Origin: Asterionella formosa
Lineage: Eukaryota
Direction of reading: 5' to 3'
NCBI GenBank assembly: GCA_002256025.1
Contig: NKIB01014678.1
Span: forward strand, 1 to 41,481
DNA length: 41,481 nucleotides
The notes beneath the pieces are model-generated. The model worked only from the letters and a program-made list of their open reading frames with translations. It searched no databases and had not been told where the DNA came from. Positions within the stretch are counted from its first letter, which is position 1. Each line of letters starts with the position of its first letter. Of the stretch, positions 13,217-24,063 are shown in pieces. Position numbers and translations under genes: made by a program.

Positions 13217-13546
13217 CTCGTTGTTACTATGCGCAGTCGGCAATATTAGTACGAACAATTTTGAAAGAACAACGGGATTCCCATTTTCCAGTCGATTGGC
13301 CCTTCAGCAAATTGTTTTGAATTGCTTGTAATGCCGGTAAGACTCTAGGATCATATACGTCGCAATTTTCAAGTCCAGCCATGTTTCGTTCATCTCCATT
13401 ATTCATACCGGTAGTTACTTATGCATACTGTATGTACCGTTATGCACAATACTGTAGACAACCATTAGTATGTGAGGGGGTGTGACTTTTTCTTGCATAC
13501 ATACGATGTTGTTTATATCAATACATTTTTTTCATTGTGTTCGCTG

Positions 13547-13607
13547 TACCGGAAGTACGGTACCAGGTACCTGGTACCCTGGGACCCTGGTACCAGCACC
13601 GGTAGGT
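13547..13607. promoter_or_regulatory. Cluster of overlapping GGTACC / TACCWGGTA / ACCGGT palindromes in the PP2C-PDCD2L divergent promoter
   Basis: TACCGGAAGTACGGTACCAGGTACCTGGTACCCTGGGACCCTGGTACCAGCACCGGTAGGT; the same motif family recurs in many other intergenic regions. The regulatory role is inferred. Confidence 0.4.
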
Positions 13608-13930
13608 AAGTCAAGCCAGAAAAAGGCTAGAATATAACAAATCCTTGTGCTATATGTCTTATGGGTTACAGTTTAATAAGGATCTTACAAATAAAAATTG
13701 CATGCAACAGACCATTGATACGAAGTAGCCAAGCAAGCAAACTCACTCTCATCAACAGCCATCAAAATCTGATGAAACCAGAAAAAAAGAGATTCAGCAG
13801 GTTTGTTTTCTATTCGTTTTGTCGTTGTCCATCTCTCAGTGAAACAAAAGTACATAGCATACAGACATAGTGCCTTCCCCTCGAGCTCATTGTAGTACTT
13901 TTCCATTCCAGAGTGAAGCTAACAAATATC

Positions 13931-15292
13931 ATGTGGAAAAGTGAAAGCGATACAAATGACACCAGTGAAGCCGTGCGCCTATATTTACCGATTCTCTATT
14001 CTCGTAAGCTCGCGCACGAACCAAAGACATGCCAGATTGGTGGTCGTCCCAGCTATTTTCAGGAATCACAGCAATGCACTCCTATTTGTTCCAACTGCAA
14101 GAATGACATGTACCTACTGCTGCAATTGTACAATGCCACTGAATTGAAAACACTTCATGTCTTTTCCTGCAATCGAGCGACTTGCTACAATTTTTTGGAA
14201 ACAAAGTTTTTAGCGAACGGTGGCGGAGCCGTGTGCTGTCGGAGATATATGGAAATCGTTAAACCTTTGGAGATAATTAAAGAGAAATTTCAAGACACGA
14301 CAGTGCTTTCACCCTGGGATACTTCCACCGACACTGCCGATACAGATTGGGGGGTGGATGCAGTTGGAGAAACGGACAATCTCGAAGATATGTTGGAAAA
14401 AATAGAGCTACATGGGCCGAAAGGAACTCGCGCCACTAAGCAAAAGAAGGAAAATACTAAGAATACAAGCTTCTCGAGTAATGGAGGAGTTTTGTTCTCG
14501 TGCTACGAAATTGCCTCGCAGCACGAACCTGCTGCCTTAAAGATCAAGGACGATGACGACGACGTAGGTATCTCTGGGGGTGCGTCGGACGCCAAGATTA
14601 ATGCCATGCTTGCGAAGTATATGTCGGAAGAAGACGATGTGGAAATTTTGACAGCATTGCGGGGAGGCAACGGCAACAACAGCGGCGGGGGTGGAAGGCG
14701 AGAAAAGGACGAGCGATTGTCAGCAGACGATCGAGTGCTGCTGGCCTTTACAGATCGTATCAAGCGAGCTCCAAGACAAGTATTGCGCTATGCCAAGGGT
14801 GGTGAGCCATTGTGGTCTGTACCACTTCCCAAAAAGCATCAGTCAAAAGGTGGAGGAAAACAAAAGATGAACGAGGAGATTGATCTTCCCAAGATTCCGC
14901 CATGTCCCTGTGGAGCAGAACGAGTTTTCGAATGCCAACTTATGCCATCATTACTGCATGTGTTGGAAGTAGACAAGCACTCAACAAGTCAAGAGGAAAG
15001 CTTGCAGCCGCAAAATTTGGACCAACTCATGCATTTTGAAAATGGTGGACAGAACTGGGGAGCCATTGCCATTTATACATGTCCGGCGAATTGTAACACG
15101 AGTTCTGACGAGTTTGTCCTCGTACAAGATTCCGTCGATGGCAAACCAGAGAAGAGGCAAAATGGATCCATGGTAGTGGCTGTCGATATGGACGACGAAC
15201 TTGATGATGACGATGAAACCATGGAAGTTTGGGATGGGAAAATGGTTGATGAACCTTGGAGCGACGACGACGACGAAAAATGTGACAATTAA
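13931..15292 (+). CDS. PDCD2L: PDCD2-like / TSR4-family protein (uS5 chaperone, PDCD2_C domain)
   Basis: N-terminal IGGRP...CxxC...LLLQLY...LHVFSC; C-terminal QVLRY.KGGEPLW...PPCPCGAERVFECQLMPSLL...WGAIAIYTC...EFVLVQ. First ATG is at 13931. Confidence 0.85.
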   Translation: MWKSESDTNDTSEAVRLYLPILYSRKLAHEPKTCQIGGRPSYFQESQQCTPICSNCKNDMYLLLQLYNATELKTLHVFSCNRATCYNFLETKFLANGGGAVCCRRYMEIVKPLEIIKEKFQDTTVLSPWDTSTDTADTDWGVDAVGETDNLEDMLEKIELHGPKGTRATKQKKENTKNTSFSSNGGVLFSCYEIASQHEPAALKIKDDDDDVGISGGASDAKINAMLAKYMSEEDDVEILTALRGGNGNNSGGGGRREKDERLSADDRVLLAFTDRIKRAPRQVLRYAKGGEPLWSVPLPKKHQSKGGGKQKMNEEIDLPKIPPCPCGAERVFECQLMPSLLHVLEVDKHSTSQEESLQPQNLDQLMHFENGGQNWGAIAIYTCPANCNTSSDEFVLVQDSVDGKPEKRQNGSMVVAVDMDDELDDDDETMEVWDGKMVDEPWSDDDDEKCDN

Positions 15293-15640
15293 GATGCACC
15301 ATATTCATATGCGAACAAAGTTCCCCTCCTATAGCTCCACAAGCTATTCGCTCTTTGACAACCTGTAGCTTTGGCTCTGTCCTCTCTGACAGTCAAAATT
15401 CAGGATATTGTACTGGTAAACTGGAAAGATCACAATAAGTAGAGCTTGAAACTGACGTTGCAGCATGTAATGGTAAAGAACTACGGTTGATAAAAATGGT
15501 GCTTATGAAGCAAACATGCAATGTCGCTTTTTTACTTAACTTCTTACGGTCATGACTCTTTAAGATAATTTGTCTCCGTTGATTCATAACATTTACAGGG
15601 ACCATACTTCTGTTACCCCGTTTGGAGTGTCAGCCGAAAA

Positions 15641-16630
15641 CTAGAACCCGCGCCACAAGGCATATTCAGTACTTGTACCTCGTTCCTTCCCGCGATATGT
15701 ACATGTCCCAGGGTTTGTCTCAAGGTGAAAGATGTGAAAATTGTCTTGAAGAATGTTGACCCACCATTTATGTGCGCCTGCTAGCCCTCCAGCAAGTGAA
15801 TCCGCCTTTGGTGTCACGTCGAGCCCAGTCAATTCTACTTGCAACTGATCGGCAGGTAACGTCTTCATTAAGTCATAAATGTATTCAAAGGACCGCCACT
15901 CAGCTCCATCCACGTCCACCTTGAGCACATCCAGATACGTGTGACCAAGCTCCTTCATAATATCGTTCAAATTCTTCATGGTACAGGCCACACAATTGGC
16001 GGGACTTTGAGTCCGCCAGTCCCAATACTGTGTTATAGAAACATCTTTGCCACCCAGACCGTATGAGTGATAGGTCCAACGGTCATCTTTGAGTTCCGGA
16101 GATGTAGGGTCAAAAATGTGTACCTCGCAATCAAATGATTCTGCCATGGCCGACTCAAAACATGAATCCTTTGATGATCCAAAGGAATATACCACACACT
16201 TTTCATTGGCATGTTTGGCCCGGGCTGTCGTTCTTGCAACAAACAAATCTAGACATATCCATTTTGCCCCGTCATTGCAATTTCCAATTCGTTTCGGCTT
16301 GTTACATTTTTTGTGTGGAAGAAAGTAGTGAAAGAACGGATATGTATGCATGCACGTAGAGGATTCGTTTTGCAATATATCGCGATACCACTCTTCAACG
16401 GCAAATGACGACCGAACCTGTCTAGCGGATGATGCTGACTCCGTTACATCATTTCGTCGGAAGCTGATAGCTGCAATCAGAATAATTGAGGTCACCAGTG
16501 CAAATATCGGTAGCACTCTAAACTTTTTGGCAACATAGAAAGGGAAGCGAAGAGGACGCCTCTTGGCAAAATCATGAGCATTTGCAAGTGAGGACTGTGT
16601 CGTCGTCGTCGTCATCGTCGTCGTCGTCAT
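15641..16630 (-). CDS. Type II membrane SAM-dependent methyltransferase (METTL24/Methyltransf_22-like)
   Basis: N-terminal TM segment (VLPIFALVTSIILIAAISF), then RIG...DGAKWIC, CVVYSFGS, CEVHIFDP, and LGHTYLDVLKVDVDGAEW. A (GAC/GTC)n microsatellite encodes poly-Thr at the N-terminus. Confidence 0.8.
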   Translation of the reverse strand: MTTTTMTTTTTQSSLANAHDFAKRRPLRFPFYVAKKFRVLPIFALVTSIILIAAISFRRNDVTESASSARQVRSSFAVEEWYRDILQNESSTCMHTYPFFHYFLPHKKCNKPKRIGNCNDGAKWICLDLFVARTTARAKHANEKCVVYSFGSSKDSCFESAMAESFDCEVHIFDPTSPELKDDRWTYHSYGLGGKDVSITQYWDWRTQSPANCVACTMKNLNDIMKELGHTYLDVLKVDVDGAEWRSFEYIYDLMKTLPADQLQVELTGLDVTPKADSLAGGLAGAHKWWVNILQDNFHIFHLETNPGTCTYRGKERGTSTEYALWRGF

Positions 16631-16879
16631 CAAACTACTAGACAGAAAATCACAACCTTGCTATCATATCCTCTTTTCCTTGTTTGCAAAGAAATGAAGT
16701 GCAGGCAGTATGCACATCGAATGATGGAGGATTGTGTTGTTCATTGATGCTGTCGCAGTGTCATCGCAGCACATTCATGACAATATGGTGCTGCTTGTGC
16801 TTTGTTTTGCATTGATGAAATCAACCATGAGCAGAATAAATAGGCTTTTTATTAATTGATGTATGACAACTTCTAGTAA

Positions 16880-16952
16880 GCCGAATTAGCTCAGTCGGTA
16901 GAGCGCACGACTCTTAATCGTGTGGTCGGGGGTTCGATCCCCCCATTCGGTG
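16880..16952 (+). tRNA. trnK-CTT: tRNA-Lys (anticodon CTT), copy 1
   Basis: Full cloverleaf: acceptor GCCGAAT/ATTCGGT, D arm GCTC/GAGC, anticodon stem CACGA/TCGTG with loop CT-CTT-AA, T arm GGGGG-TTCGATC-CCCCC. Followed by a T6 Pol III terminator. Confidence 0.97.
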
Positions 16953-17055
16953 CTTTTTTGTTTATGCTACGGGGTAAATTGAATTTTTGTTATTCTTCAT
17001 TATTAATGAATATATAAATACAACAATAATGACATAATGCTCGTGCTTACACGCA

Positions 17056-17128
17056 GCCGAATTAGCTCAGTCGGTAGAGCGCACGACTCTTAATCGTGTG
17101 GTCGGGGGTTCGATCCCCCCATTCGGTG
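17056..17128 (+). tRNA. trnK-CTT: tRNA-Lys (anticodon CTT), copy 2
   Basis: Identical 73-nt sequence to copy 1. TATA-like TATATAAATA about 40 nt upstream and T-rich tract downstream. Confidence 0.97.
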
Positions 17129-17264
17129 AAATTTGTTTTACTCCACAGTGTTCTCAATCATCAGAATAGTGCTACCGGTAGCTACATTCTTTTCTTTTCG
17201 ACCCTCGCCCTAAAATTCATAGCAAACCGAAACGTTTTCCGGGTATTTACTACCCTTCCTCTTA

Positions 17265-17338
17265 GCCGAATTAGCTCAGTCGGTAAAGCGCACGACTCTT
17301 AATCGTGTGGTCGGGGGTTTGATAACAACCATTTGGTG
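17265..17338 (+). pseudogene. tRNA-Lys(CTT) pseudogene, copy 3
   Basis: The 5' two-thirds matches copies 1 and 2 except one D-stem change (GAGC>AAGC). The T arm/B box is destroyed (GGTTTGATAACAACC), the acceptor 3' strand has a C>T change, and there is no immediate poly-T. Confidence 0.85.
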
Positions 17339-17585
17339 CAGTCTCTCGTTCCTACTCTTAGAATCGACAGAGCTTTCCCTACTCTCGCTCAACGACTACC
17401 GGTAATCATTAATGCAAACTCTTCACAGCAGCAGTGCCACCAAATTTTTTTTAGAAAATCGAATTTCTTCATAATTATGATAATAATAGGACAACCGGTA
17501 CTGTGTACGTCATGCCGAAAGGTTTCTTAATATTCAAGTGACACTGACTGTCTAATCTATGTATTGGAATCCTAAAGCATTCGTG

Positions 17586-19298
17586 TTATGGAATTGTGCT
17601 ACTGTCGTCACCCCTTGTTCCACCAGCTGATTTTAGCCACTGAGCTGACCGAGGCATTGTCTCCCTAACAAATGGAGTATCTTTTCCAACTCGAGGGAGA
17701 ACGGAGTCGATCTTTTTCCATTTATGCCATCGCTCGGGAGGGACGAAACCGACGGAAACAAACCAATCTAAAGGGCTGTATCCTGGAACATTATAGTTCG
17801 CCATGAGTTCCTGTAAGGGATTCAATGAGTAATGGGACTATGGTGTGGCAAAATACATCCAACACTCACAAAACCTACCTGACCCTGTTTGAGAGGTTTT
17901 CGTCGTCCATGACGAATGCTGCGAACGACAAACGTACCACTATCCTCTTCGGTAGAATCGACAAAGTCATCGCTGTGACCTGGAATTGCTTCAACGTGAG
18001 TTACAACCATTAAGACGGCCATGCCCTAAATATATTATTGCAAACTCACTCATTTTCTCTTTTCCAGTCAATTCAGAAAATCCTCCAGCACCAGCATCAT
18101 GATTGATCAAATCCAACATTGGTACTAATCGCAACGACCCGTGCTTCTCAGATCCAGCAGTGGCCCGTGACGCCACATGACACAATGCCCATTTCAAATT
18201 ATCCACAATGGAAATCCCTTCTGGACTTTGCAAATAAACCCCATAATCTTGAGCCAAGCTATTCGCAATTCTATCGGCGTATAATCCCGCTTGATGCAAG
18301 GCGCCACGCCATCCATTCACGTCTAGTCCCAATTCTTCCCTCATGGCTTCAATGGCATCCAACATGTACGGTCGATTCTCCATCGAATATCCACACGATG
18401 GTACCATTGGAAGAGATGCAATGTACGGCAACCACCTTGATGCTCGGGATAACCCACGTTCATGGGCTAGGAACATGACAAACAACGCGGCATCGTCCAG
18501 TTTGTATAATGGATAATTGCGACGCACTTCCTTTGGAATCAATGGGGTCAAAGTAACAATTGCCACGGACCGAGTGATTTGAAAACTCAATGGAATTCTC
18601 AATAAAACTTCTTCCTGATTGTAGATTGGTTGTTCGTTTGCACCCACGTAGCTTTGATTGTCTGTATTTGAATCTAGCTTTTCCTTCCAAAAACCAGGCA
18701 TACATCGTGATTGGCAGTGATGGTACGACGATCGCACCATACCAAGACCTCTAGCAGCTCCCGATGGAGCTGGAACTAAAATTCCTAAATCGGGATGGAC
18801 GTATCCACCTTTTTCTCTCACAATGGCTTCTCTCAAAATCGAGAAAACAATTGGATGTGAAGGATCATTTGCCAAATTAAGGTTTCCGTCTATCGAGGAG
18901 GGGAAGAGTTTGACTTGCAACGTAAAAAGTTGATAGGCATGGGTGGCTCTAATCTTGGCCCCCAATGTGACCCTCCAAGGGCTGATTTCTGCCCTACCGC
19001 CAGTCAAATGACCAGTTCCAATCCCAAAACCAAACAACCACCCAATTAAGGCGCACCCTACTACCCAGGCTATTCCAAAGCGTTCTTCGTAAAAAAATTG
19101 CCAGATGCTAGGATTGTTTTGTACTTTCTTGCTACTGACAGAATCCTTACCGGTCGCTGTATTCGTGACATTGTCTTGTATTGCAATACTGGAAGTATCA
19201 GGAACACGCTTCTTGCTGTTCGCACCTGACGAGGCGGCCTCTGGTGTGGATCCCGACGAAATCCGATTACTGTTATGCCGCCCCTTGCTCTTGGCCAT
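17586..19298 (-). CDS. SET-domain protein lysine methyltransferase (Rubisco-LSMT/SETD3-like fold) with N-terminal TM segment; exons 19298-18050, 17979-17879, 17810-17586
   Basis: SET motifs: GGYVHPDL, ARGLG, EEVLLRIP, WLPYIASLP, WALCHVASR, LVPMLDLINH and, after splicing, LKQGQ/ELMANYN. Introns 18049-17980 (GTGAG...CCAG) and 17878-17811 (GTAGG...ACAG) keep frame. Confidence 0.85.
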
Positions 19299-20799
19299 GT
19301 TTCTGTAATAAGATAGTATTTAAATTCACGAGGATGTCATGAGAGAAAAGTATTGTCGCAGAAAGAAACAGGCCAATGGGTCGATCGTTCGCTCAACAAT
19401 CAAACAAAGGAGTACCGGTATGCAAAGTCTATTCATTCATTATATTTGCAAATTTTCTTGGTGATTCCTCTGATTTTGCTTTGTGTTTGCTCGGCCTGGG
19501 TTGGGCTATGAGTGGTTCTCTTTGATGCCCATACATAGATATTATTACCTGCTACCTGGTACCGTAGATTGGCTGTTGCATACCGGTGGCTTACAGTGCA
19601 TATTTTTCTATCCATACATGAGTATATTTTCCCCCCAAACCGTTTATACTACAGATATTATTTTCGTGTTACTTTACCTTTTTTGAGCGATGCAGTATGC
19701 TTTTTGCGCTTTCATCATCACTGAATTCTTCTGATGCATAATGTATTCGAAAGCACAATGACGTTGTCCATTCAATAATACTAAATTTAATTTTATGGGA
19801 AGAATATTAATATTTTTGTCCATATACGTGTGCAAAAATAGAAAAGACGATGCCAGCTCAATAGAGTTAACATGAAATTTTCCTTTTTTCGCAATTTCGC
19901 GTCGACAGCAACCTTTGGGCAATAATAAGTAGCTAACAACTTACACAATGCAACAATACAAGTAAGTATGTATTCACTTGCTATATAAATCTGCACTACT
20001 TCTTTGTGACAATAATTAACATATCTTCCAATCCAAGTTCAAACCGTGCATTTACTCTGTTTAGCGGTGGCTTACAGTTCAAAAGTCGTCGTAGCGGTGG
20101 CTTAAAGTTTTTAAGTGGTACCCCCAATATGACCAGGAAGGCCTGAAAGCGCACGTTCTATGCACATTTATTCAGGTTTGACTTACTCGCAATGACTTGT
20201 CCCATGCCTACCAGACAAGATAGACTGGCTTTCCATTCCAAACTCTCTGAAGTAAAATTCTATTATGTTAAATTATCGGTCACCAAATCCAAGTCGTGCT
20301 CTGATCATCGAAATTGTCTTCATGTACTATTACTGGTGGTAATGGTATTCACCAACTGTTCACTAATGGAATTCACCAATTACAAACTTCTAGTTGTTGT
20401 CCTCAGCAAGTTCTAGTTGTTTTAAGCAGACTTCTAGTCGTAGGTAGTCACCAACTGGATCAGTAATCATAAACAAAAGAGTCATTTTGAATATGTCATA
20501 TGTCAATGGACTATTAATTGATATTGCTATATAGAGAATCAAACAAAATTTGGTTCGACATACAGCTTGCCATATTGTAGAGTGTCGCATGCTGTGAAAG
20601 TGTTAAATCTTGTCGTAACTTTGTCATTTTAAATTGTTTGTCTAAATCACTACATAAATAAATGCGTCATTGTTGCTTGGTGACTTCAATTTGCGTTGTC
20701 AATATTAGTGTTATTACATATTTTTTATGATTTTATTATCTATGTCTTGTTAGTAGATATAATTGAGTTGAACCTAACTTTTAACGCGCTTTTTAATGG

Positions 20800-21060
20800 A
20801 ATTCTGAGACATTCCCCATCGTGTTAGATATAGCCTACCTACAAACAATTGCACCGTTGCTGTCAGTATCCAACATCCCAATGTCCCTGTTTTTCTAACT
20901 CTGCTATTGAAACTCACGACCACGTTTTCCAAAGTCGTCCTGCAGCCCAACCAACCAACTTAATTCACTGGACTCCAGTCCAGCAACTGTTAGTTGGGAC
21001 CTTAAAAAGCCCTCTACTTCTCGCTACTGCCTTTCTCTCAGGGCTCAGTAGTTGAACACG
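20800..21060 (+). mobile_element. Decayed non-LTR retrotransposon fragment (C-terminal zinc-finger region)
   Basis: Translation PTYKQLHRCCQYPTSQCPCFSNSAIETHDHVFQS matches the LINE 'LPT...LHR...CPxC...ETxDHxFxC' motif, with two Cys degenerated. No start or context of a real gene. Confidence 0.55.
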
Positions 21061-21296
21061 ATTTCGTCGATCAGAAGATGACTTGCTTGGATATGATGAA
21101 CGATAATTTAACTGCATAGAAAGTTACTTAAGAGAGTTTGGAATGGAAAGCCAGCCTAACCGTTCCGATAGTAGACATGGGGCGAATCATTGAAATTGAG
21201 TCGAAACTGAAAAAGCGCGCATAAAACATGCACTACCAAACATTCCTGGTCCTCCTATAAGGCATTGGTACTTGGTATATACCTGGCCAGTAGTCC

Positions 21297-22096
21297 TACT
21301 AGTACAAGCAAAAAATTGCCATGACCCGCCCATTGAGAATTTTTGTACTGCTCAGACCCATTGAATGCAGAATAACACTTTACTATCAAAACTTACGTAA
21401 ATGTAAATTCTGAGAATTCAGGCTCCTTTACGAGTATATAGGCTAGTCAGCTATGTAACATGTGTGAGATTTGGAGCAAGTTGTTCATCTCGATAGATTG
21501 CCTGAAATGGTCAATCGACCAAAAAACCATGATGGAATACGGATTAGGGTAAGTTTAGAAGTCTCCTTGTTATATGATATACGATGATCAATATAACTTT
21601 TTTGATATTGATTTGAACCTTAACCTCATTTGCAACAATTTGTATATCATTGTCTTGGTATTTACTTCTATGGAGACAGCAAATTATTTAGGTGTGCAGC
21701 ATCATCATGCATGTGTGTCATGTATGGGTACAGTTATACCAGGTAGGGAGTACATACCAGCTTTTCAAAAGGTGTTTAATAACATGCATGACAAGTGCTT
21801 TAACACATTGCCTAACAATTTGTCCTCGAAAATGTATATAAACTTATATTCATGTATCAAGAAGAAAAGTATATACTTCTGTGACCCATTGAAATCACTT
21901 TTGAGCTGTTTTATAATCATCGTATCTTCTGAAGAAATCGTTCAATGAGAATTTTAACCCGACAGCTTGATTACTCAATGCGACCCTGACACTATCGAAC
22001 AAATTGGTCCCCAATTAGGTAAAGTTTCCTTTTAGTTGGAGGAGTGAAACAAACACCCTTACTCAATGGGTCATCGCAGCTTTTTGCTGGTCAGTA
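21297..22096. mobile_element. MITE-like non-autonomous DNA transposon with imperfect ~35-40 bp TIRs
   Basis: Left end TACTAGTACAAGCAAAAAATTGCCATGACCCGCCCATTGAG versus reverse complement of right end TACTGACCAGCAAAAAGCTGCGATGACCCATTGAG. Both begin with TA (possible TA TSD). Internal GACCCATTGA copies occur at ~21356 and ~21883. Interior is AT-rich and non-coding. Confidence 0.6.
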
Positions 22097-22146
22097 CCAT
22101 ACTCGGAGAACCAGTACCTGGTTACCAGTGACAAGAATAGTAGCTA

Positions 22147-22364
22147 TCAGCTATCTAACGAGATTAAAGATTGACGATTTCTATGAAAATGTTACATGGA
22201 AATTCAAAGAGAGGCATCTTTGAATGACTTTGTGGGAAGCAAAGATGCATGGAAAGGAAACATTTAGTCTTGCTTATAATTTTAGATCATCAATTGAGGA
22301 AACAGGGTGTTAATTGACAGGAAGGTCAATTAGTTTATCTATGCAGCAGTAGCAGGAAGGCTAG
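22147..22364 (+). mobile_element. ~220 bp dispersed repeat, putative non-autonomous Helitron, copy A
   Basis: Aligns along its whole length with the reverse complement of 35527-35746. Begins A|TC and ends CTAG|T, with a subterminal hairpin TAATTGAC-AGGAAG-GTCAATTA (22311-22332). Confidence 0.7.
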
Positions 22365-22716
22365 TACAAGCAGAGCAGAGAGAAAAGTAAGTGGCAGTAG
22401 GGATTACTACTAGCACGTAAGAGTCAACGTAAAGAAAACCAGCCCATTGGAACAAGGAGTACGAAGCTTTTAACATACCTTGTACGAGGAGTTACCTGGT
22501 AGGTCAGGCAACCTCGAAATCATCAAGCTGTGGCGGGCGGGCACGACCACACAACCACAAGAATATCGGGTAGAGCATATACCGGTATACCAACGGTAAT
22601 ACCAGCAGGTTGTACAATTTTTTTCACCTTTTCATGTGTTCAACAAGATTGAAAGGCGCTGCTATAACATTGTATACTTTACCTCCGCTTGAGTCACGAG
22701 GAAGCCTCAAACAACA

Positions 22717-24063
22717 ATGGCAACCCTGATGCTCCCTCACCTTCGTTGTATCTCAGCAAGGACCCCCTTGACACGCGTAAGCATGATGACACTATACATG
22801 CCTGCTCTGCGACAACAAGGCCACCTGTTATCAACCGTTGCGTCCACGACAACAACAACCGCAAGTCCAAATCCGAGTAATAGAGCCATCTTTCGTTCGA
22901 TTCCCGTGCAACAGGATCTTTTAAATCACATTCAAGCAATCGGATTGGGCCATAAAAGTAGAAAACACAAGAAAAAACCGGATTCTAGCAAGCTATTTAA
23001 ACAATCACGGCGTTGGGGGGAGGATATATCCGTTTTAAGTGAACAAGAAGAGCGGAGTTATTTCCAAGCACGACCCTCTCGACCCAGGCAAGCGGATCGA
23101 ATTGCGGCACGATCGACTAAAAGGGACCTACTGATGCCATCGGCATGGATGCCACCTCCTCCATTTACGTCAACATGGAATAGAGAAGAACGAACCAGTT
23201 CGGGGCACGTACTGAAACGACGTCCTGTTAAGATTGTTGGTAGTGTCGGGACCCTGAATCTGGAATTTCCGTGGCCCTCAAAGGGACTTCCGGAAGTGGC
23301 TTTGGCAGGACGATCCAATGTTGGAAAATCGACGCTGTTGAATGCCCTGTTGTACGGGAACCAACCAAATCGAGAGACTGGTGGTCCTCATCAAAAGAAA
23401 AAGCGGGGAAAAGTCCCAGAGGGATCTAAATTGCCACCGGGAATTAAGGCTATCGTATCTTCGAAGCCAGGAGAAACAAAGAAAATTACATTCTATCAAC
23501 TGTCGTCATCGCTTTTGGACGACGACTTGAGGAAAGTTGGATCGCTAGGGTTAATGTTGGTAGATTTGCCAGGCTATGGTTTTGCCTATGCCAAAGAGGA
23601 AGTATCCCAAGAGTGGCAAGATTTGATGCAACGATATCTACTGGAGCGAGGAAAGGCTCTTAAACGAATCCTTTTGTTGATTGATGCCAGGCATGGAATG
23701 AAGAAAGCTGATAAAGACTTTTTGCACAACCTAGAAGCACTGCTCCAGAAGGTGGACATAAGGAAGACACTTCCTCCTATTCAACTGGTATTGACCAAGT
23801 GCGACTTAGTTTCACAAGTAGATTTGGCTCGAAGAGTCGTTCAGGTGCGGGAACAATTGTCGGACTGCTTCAGACGAGAACCCTCACTGCTTCCTATCAT
23901 GATGGTCAGTGCCAAGCCAGGCGTGGGATTCAATAATGTCAATGGTGAACGAGCCCTTGGTGGTGTTTTGGAGCTGCAACGTGAGGTGGCTGCAATAATT
24001 CCCCAACCAATATTGGATGTCAAGACGAAAGCAGACGAATCCATGGAAGATTCGTATGAGTAA
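22717..24063 (+). CDS. engB: EngB/YihA/YsxC-family ribosome-biogenesis GTPase with long N-terminal extension (probable mitochondrial presequence)
   Basis: LPEVALAGRSNVGKS (G1), SSKPGET (G2), LVDLPGYGFA (G3), LLIDARHG, LTKCD (G4), VSAK (G5). The N-terminus is Arg/Ser/Thr-rich and lacks acidic residues. Confidence 0.9.
   Translation: MATLMLPHLRCISARTPLTRVSMMTLYMPALRQQGHLLSTVASTTTTTASPNPSNRAIFRSIPVQQDLLNHIQAIGLGHKSRKHKKKPDSSKLFKQSRRWGEDISVLSEQEERSYFQARPSRPRQADRIAARSTKRDLLMPSAWMPPPPFTSTWNREERTSSGHVLKRRPVKIVGSVGTLNLEFPWPSKGLPEVALAGRSNVGKSTLLNALLYGNQPNRETGGPHQKKKRGKVPEGSKLPPGIKAIVSSKPGETKKITFYQLSSSLLDDDLRKVGSLGLMLVDLPGYGFAYAKEEVSQEWQDLMQRYLLERGKALKRILLLIDARHGMKKADKDFLHNLEALLQKVDIRKTLPPIQLVLTKCDLVSQVDLARRVVQVREQLSDCFRREPSLLPIMMVSAKPGVGFNNVNGERALGGVLELQREVAAIIPQPILDVKTKADESMEDSYE

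Noticed and set aside
16880..17338. CRISPR-like array (repeats with unique spacers)
   Set aside because: The repeats are 73-nt tRNA cloverleafs, spacers exceed 100 bp, there are no cas genes, and the context is eukaryotic.
20777..21227. Inverted repeat TTTTAACGCGCTTTTT / AAAAAGCGCGCATAAAA as TIRs
   Set aside because: Short, low-complexity and imperfect, with no TSD; the interior is better explained as a LINE fragment.
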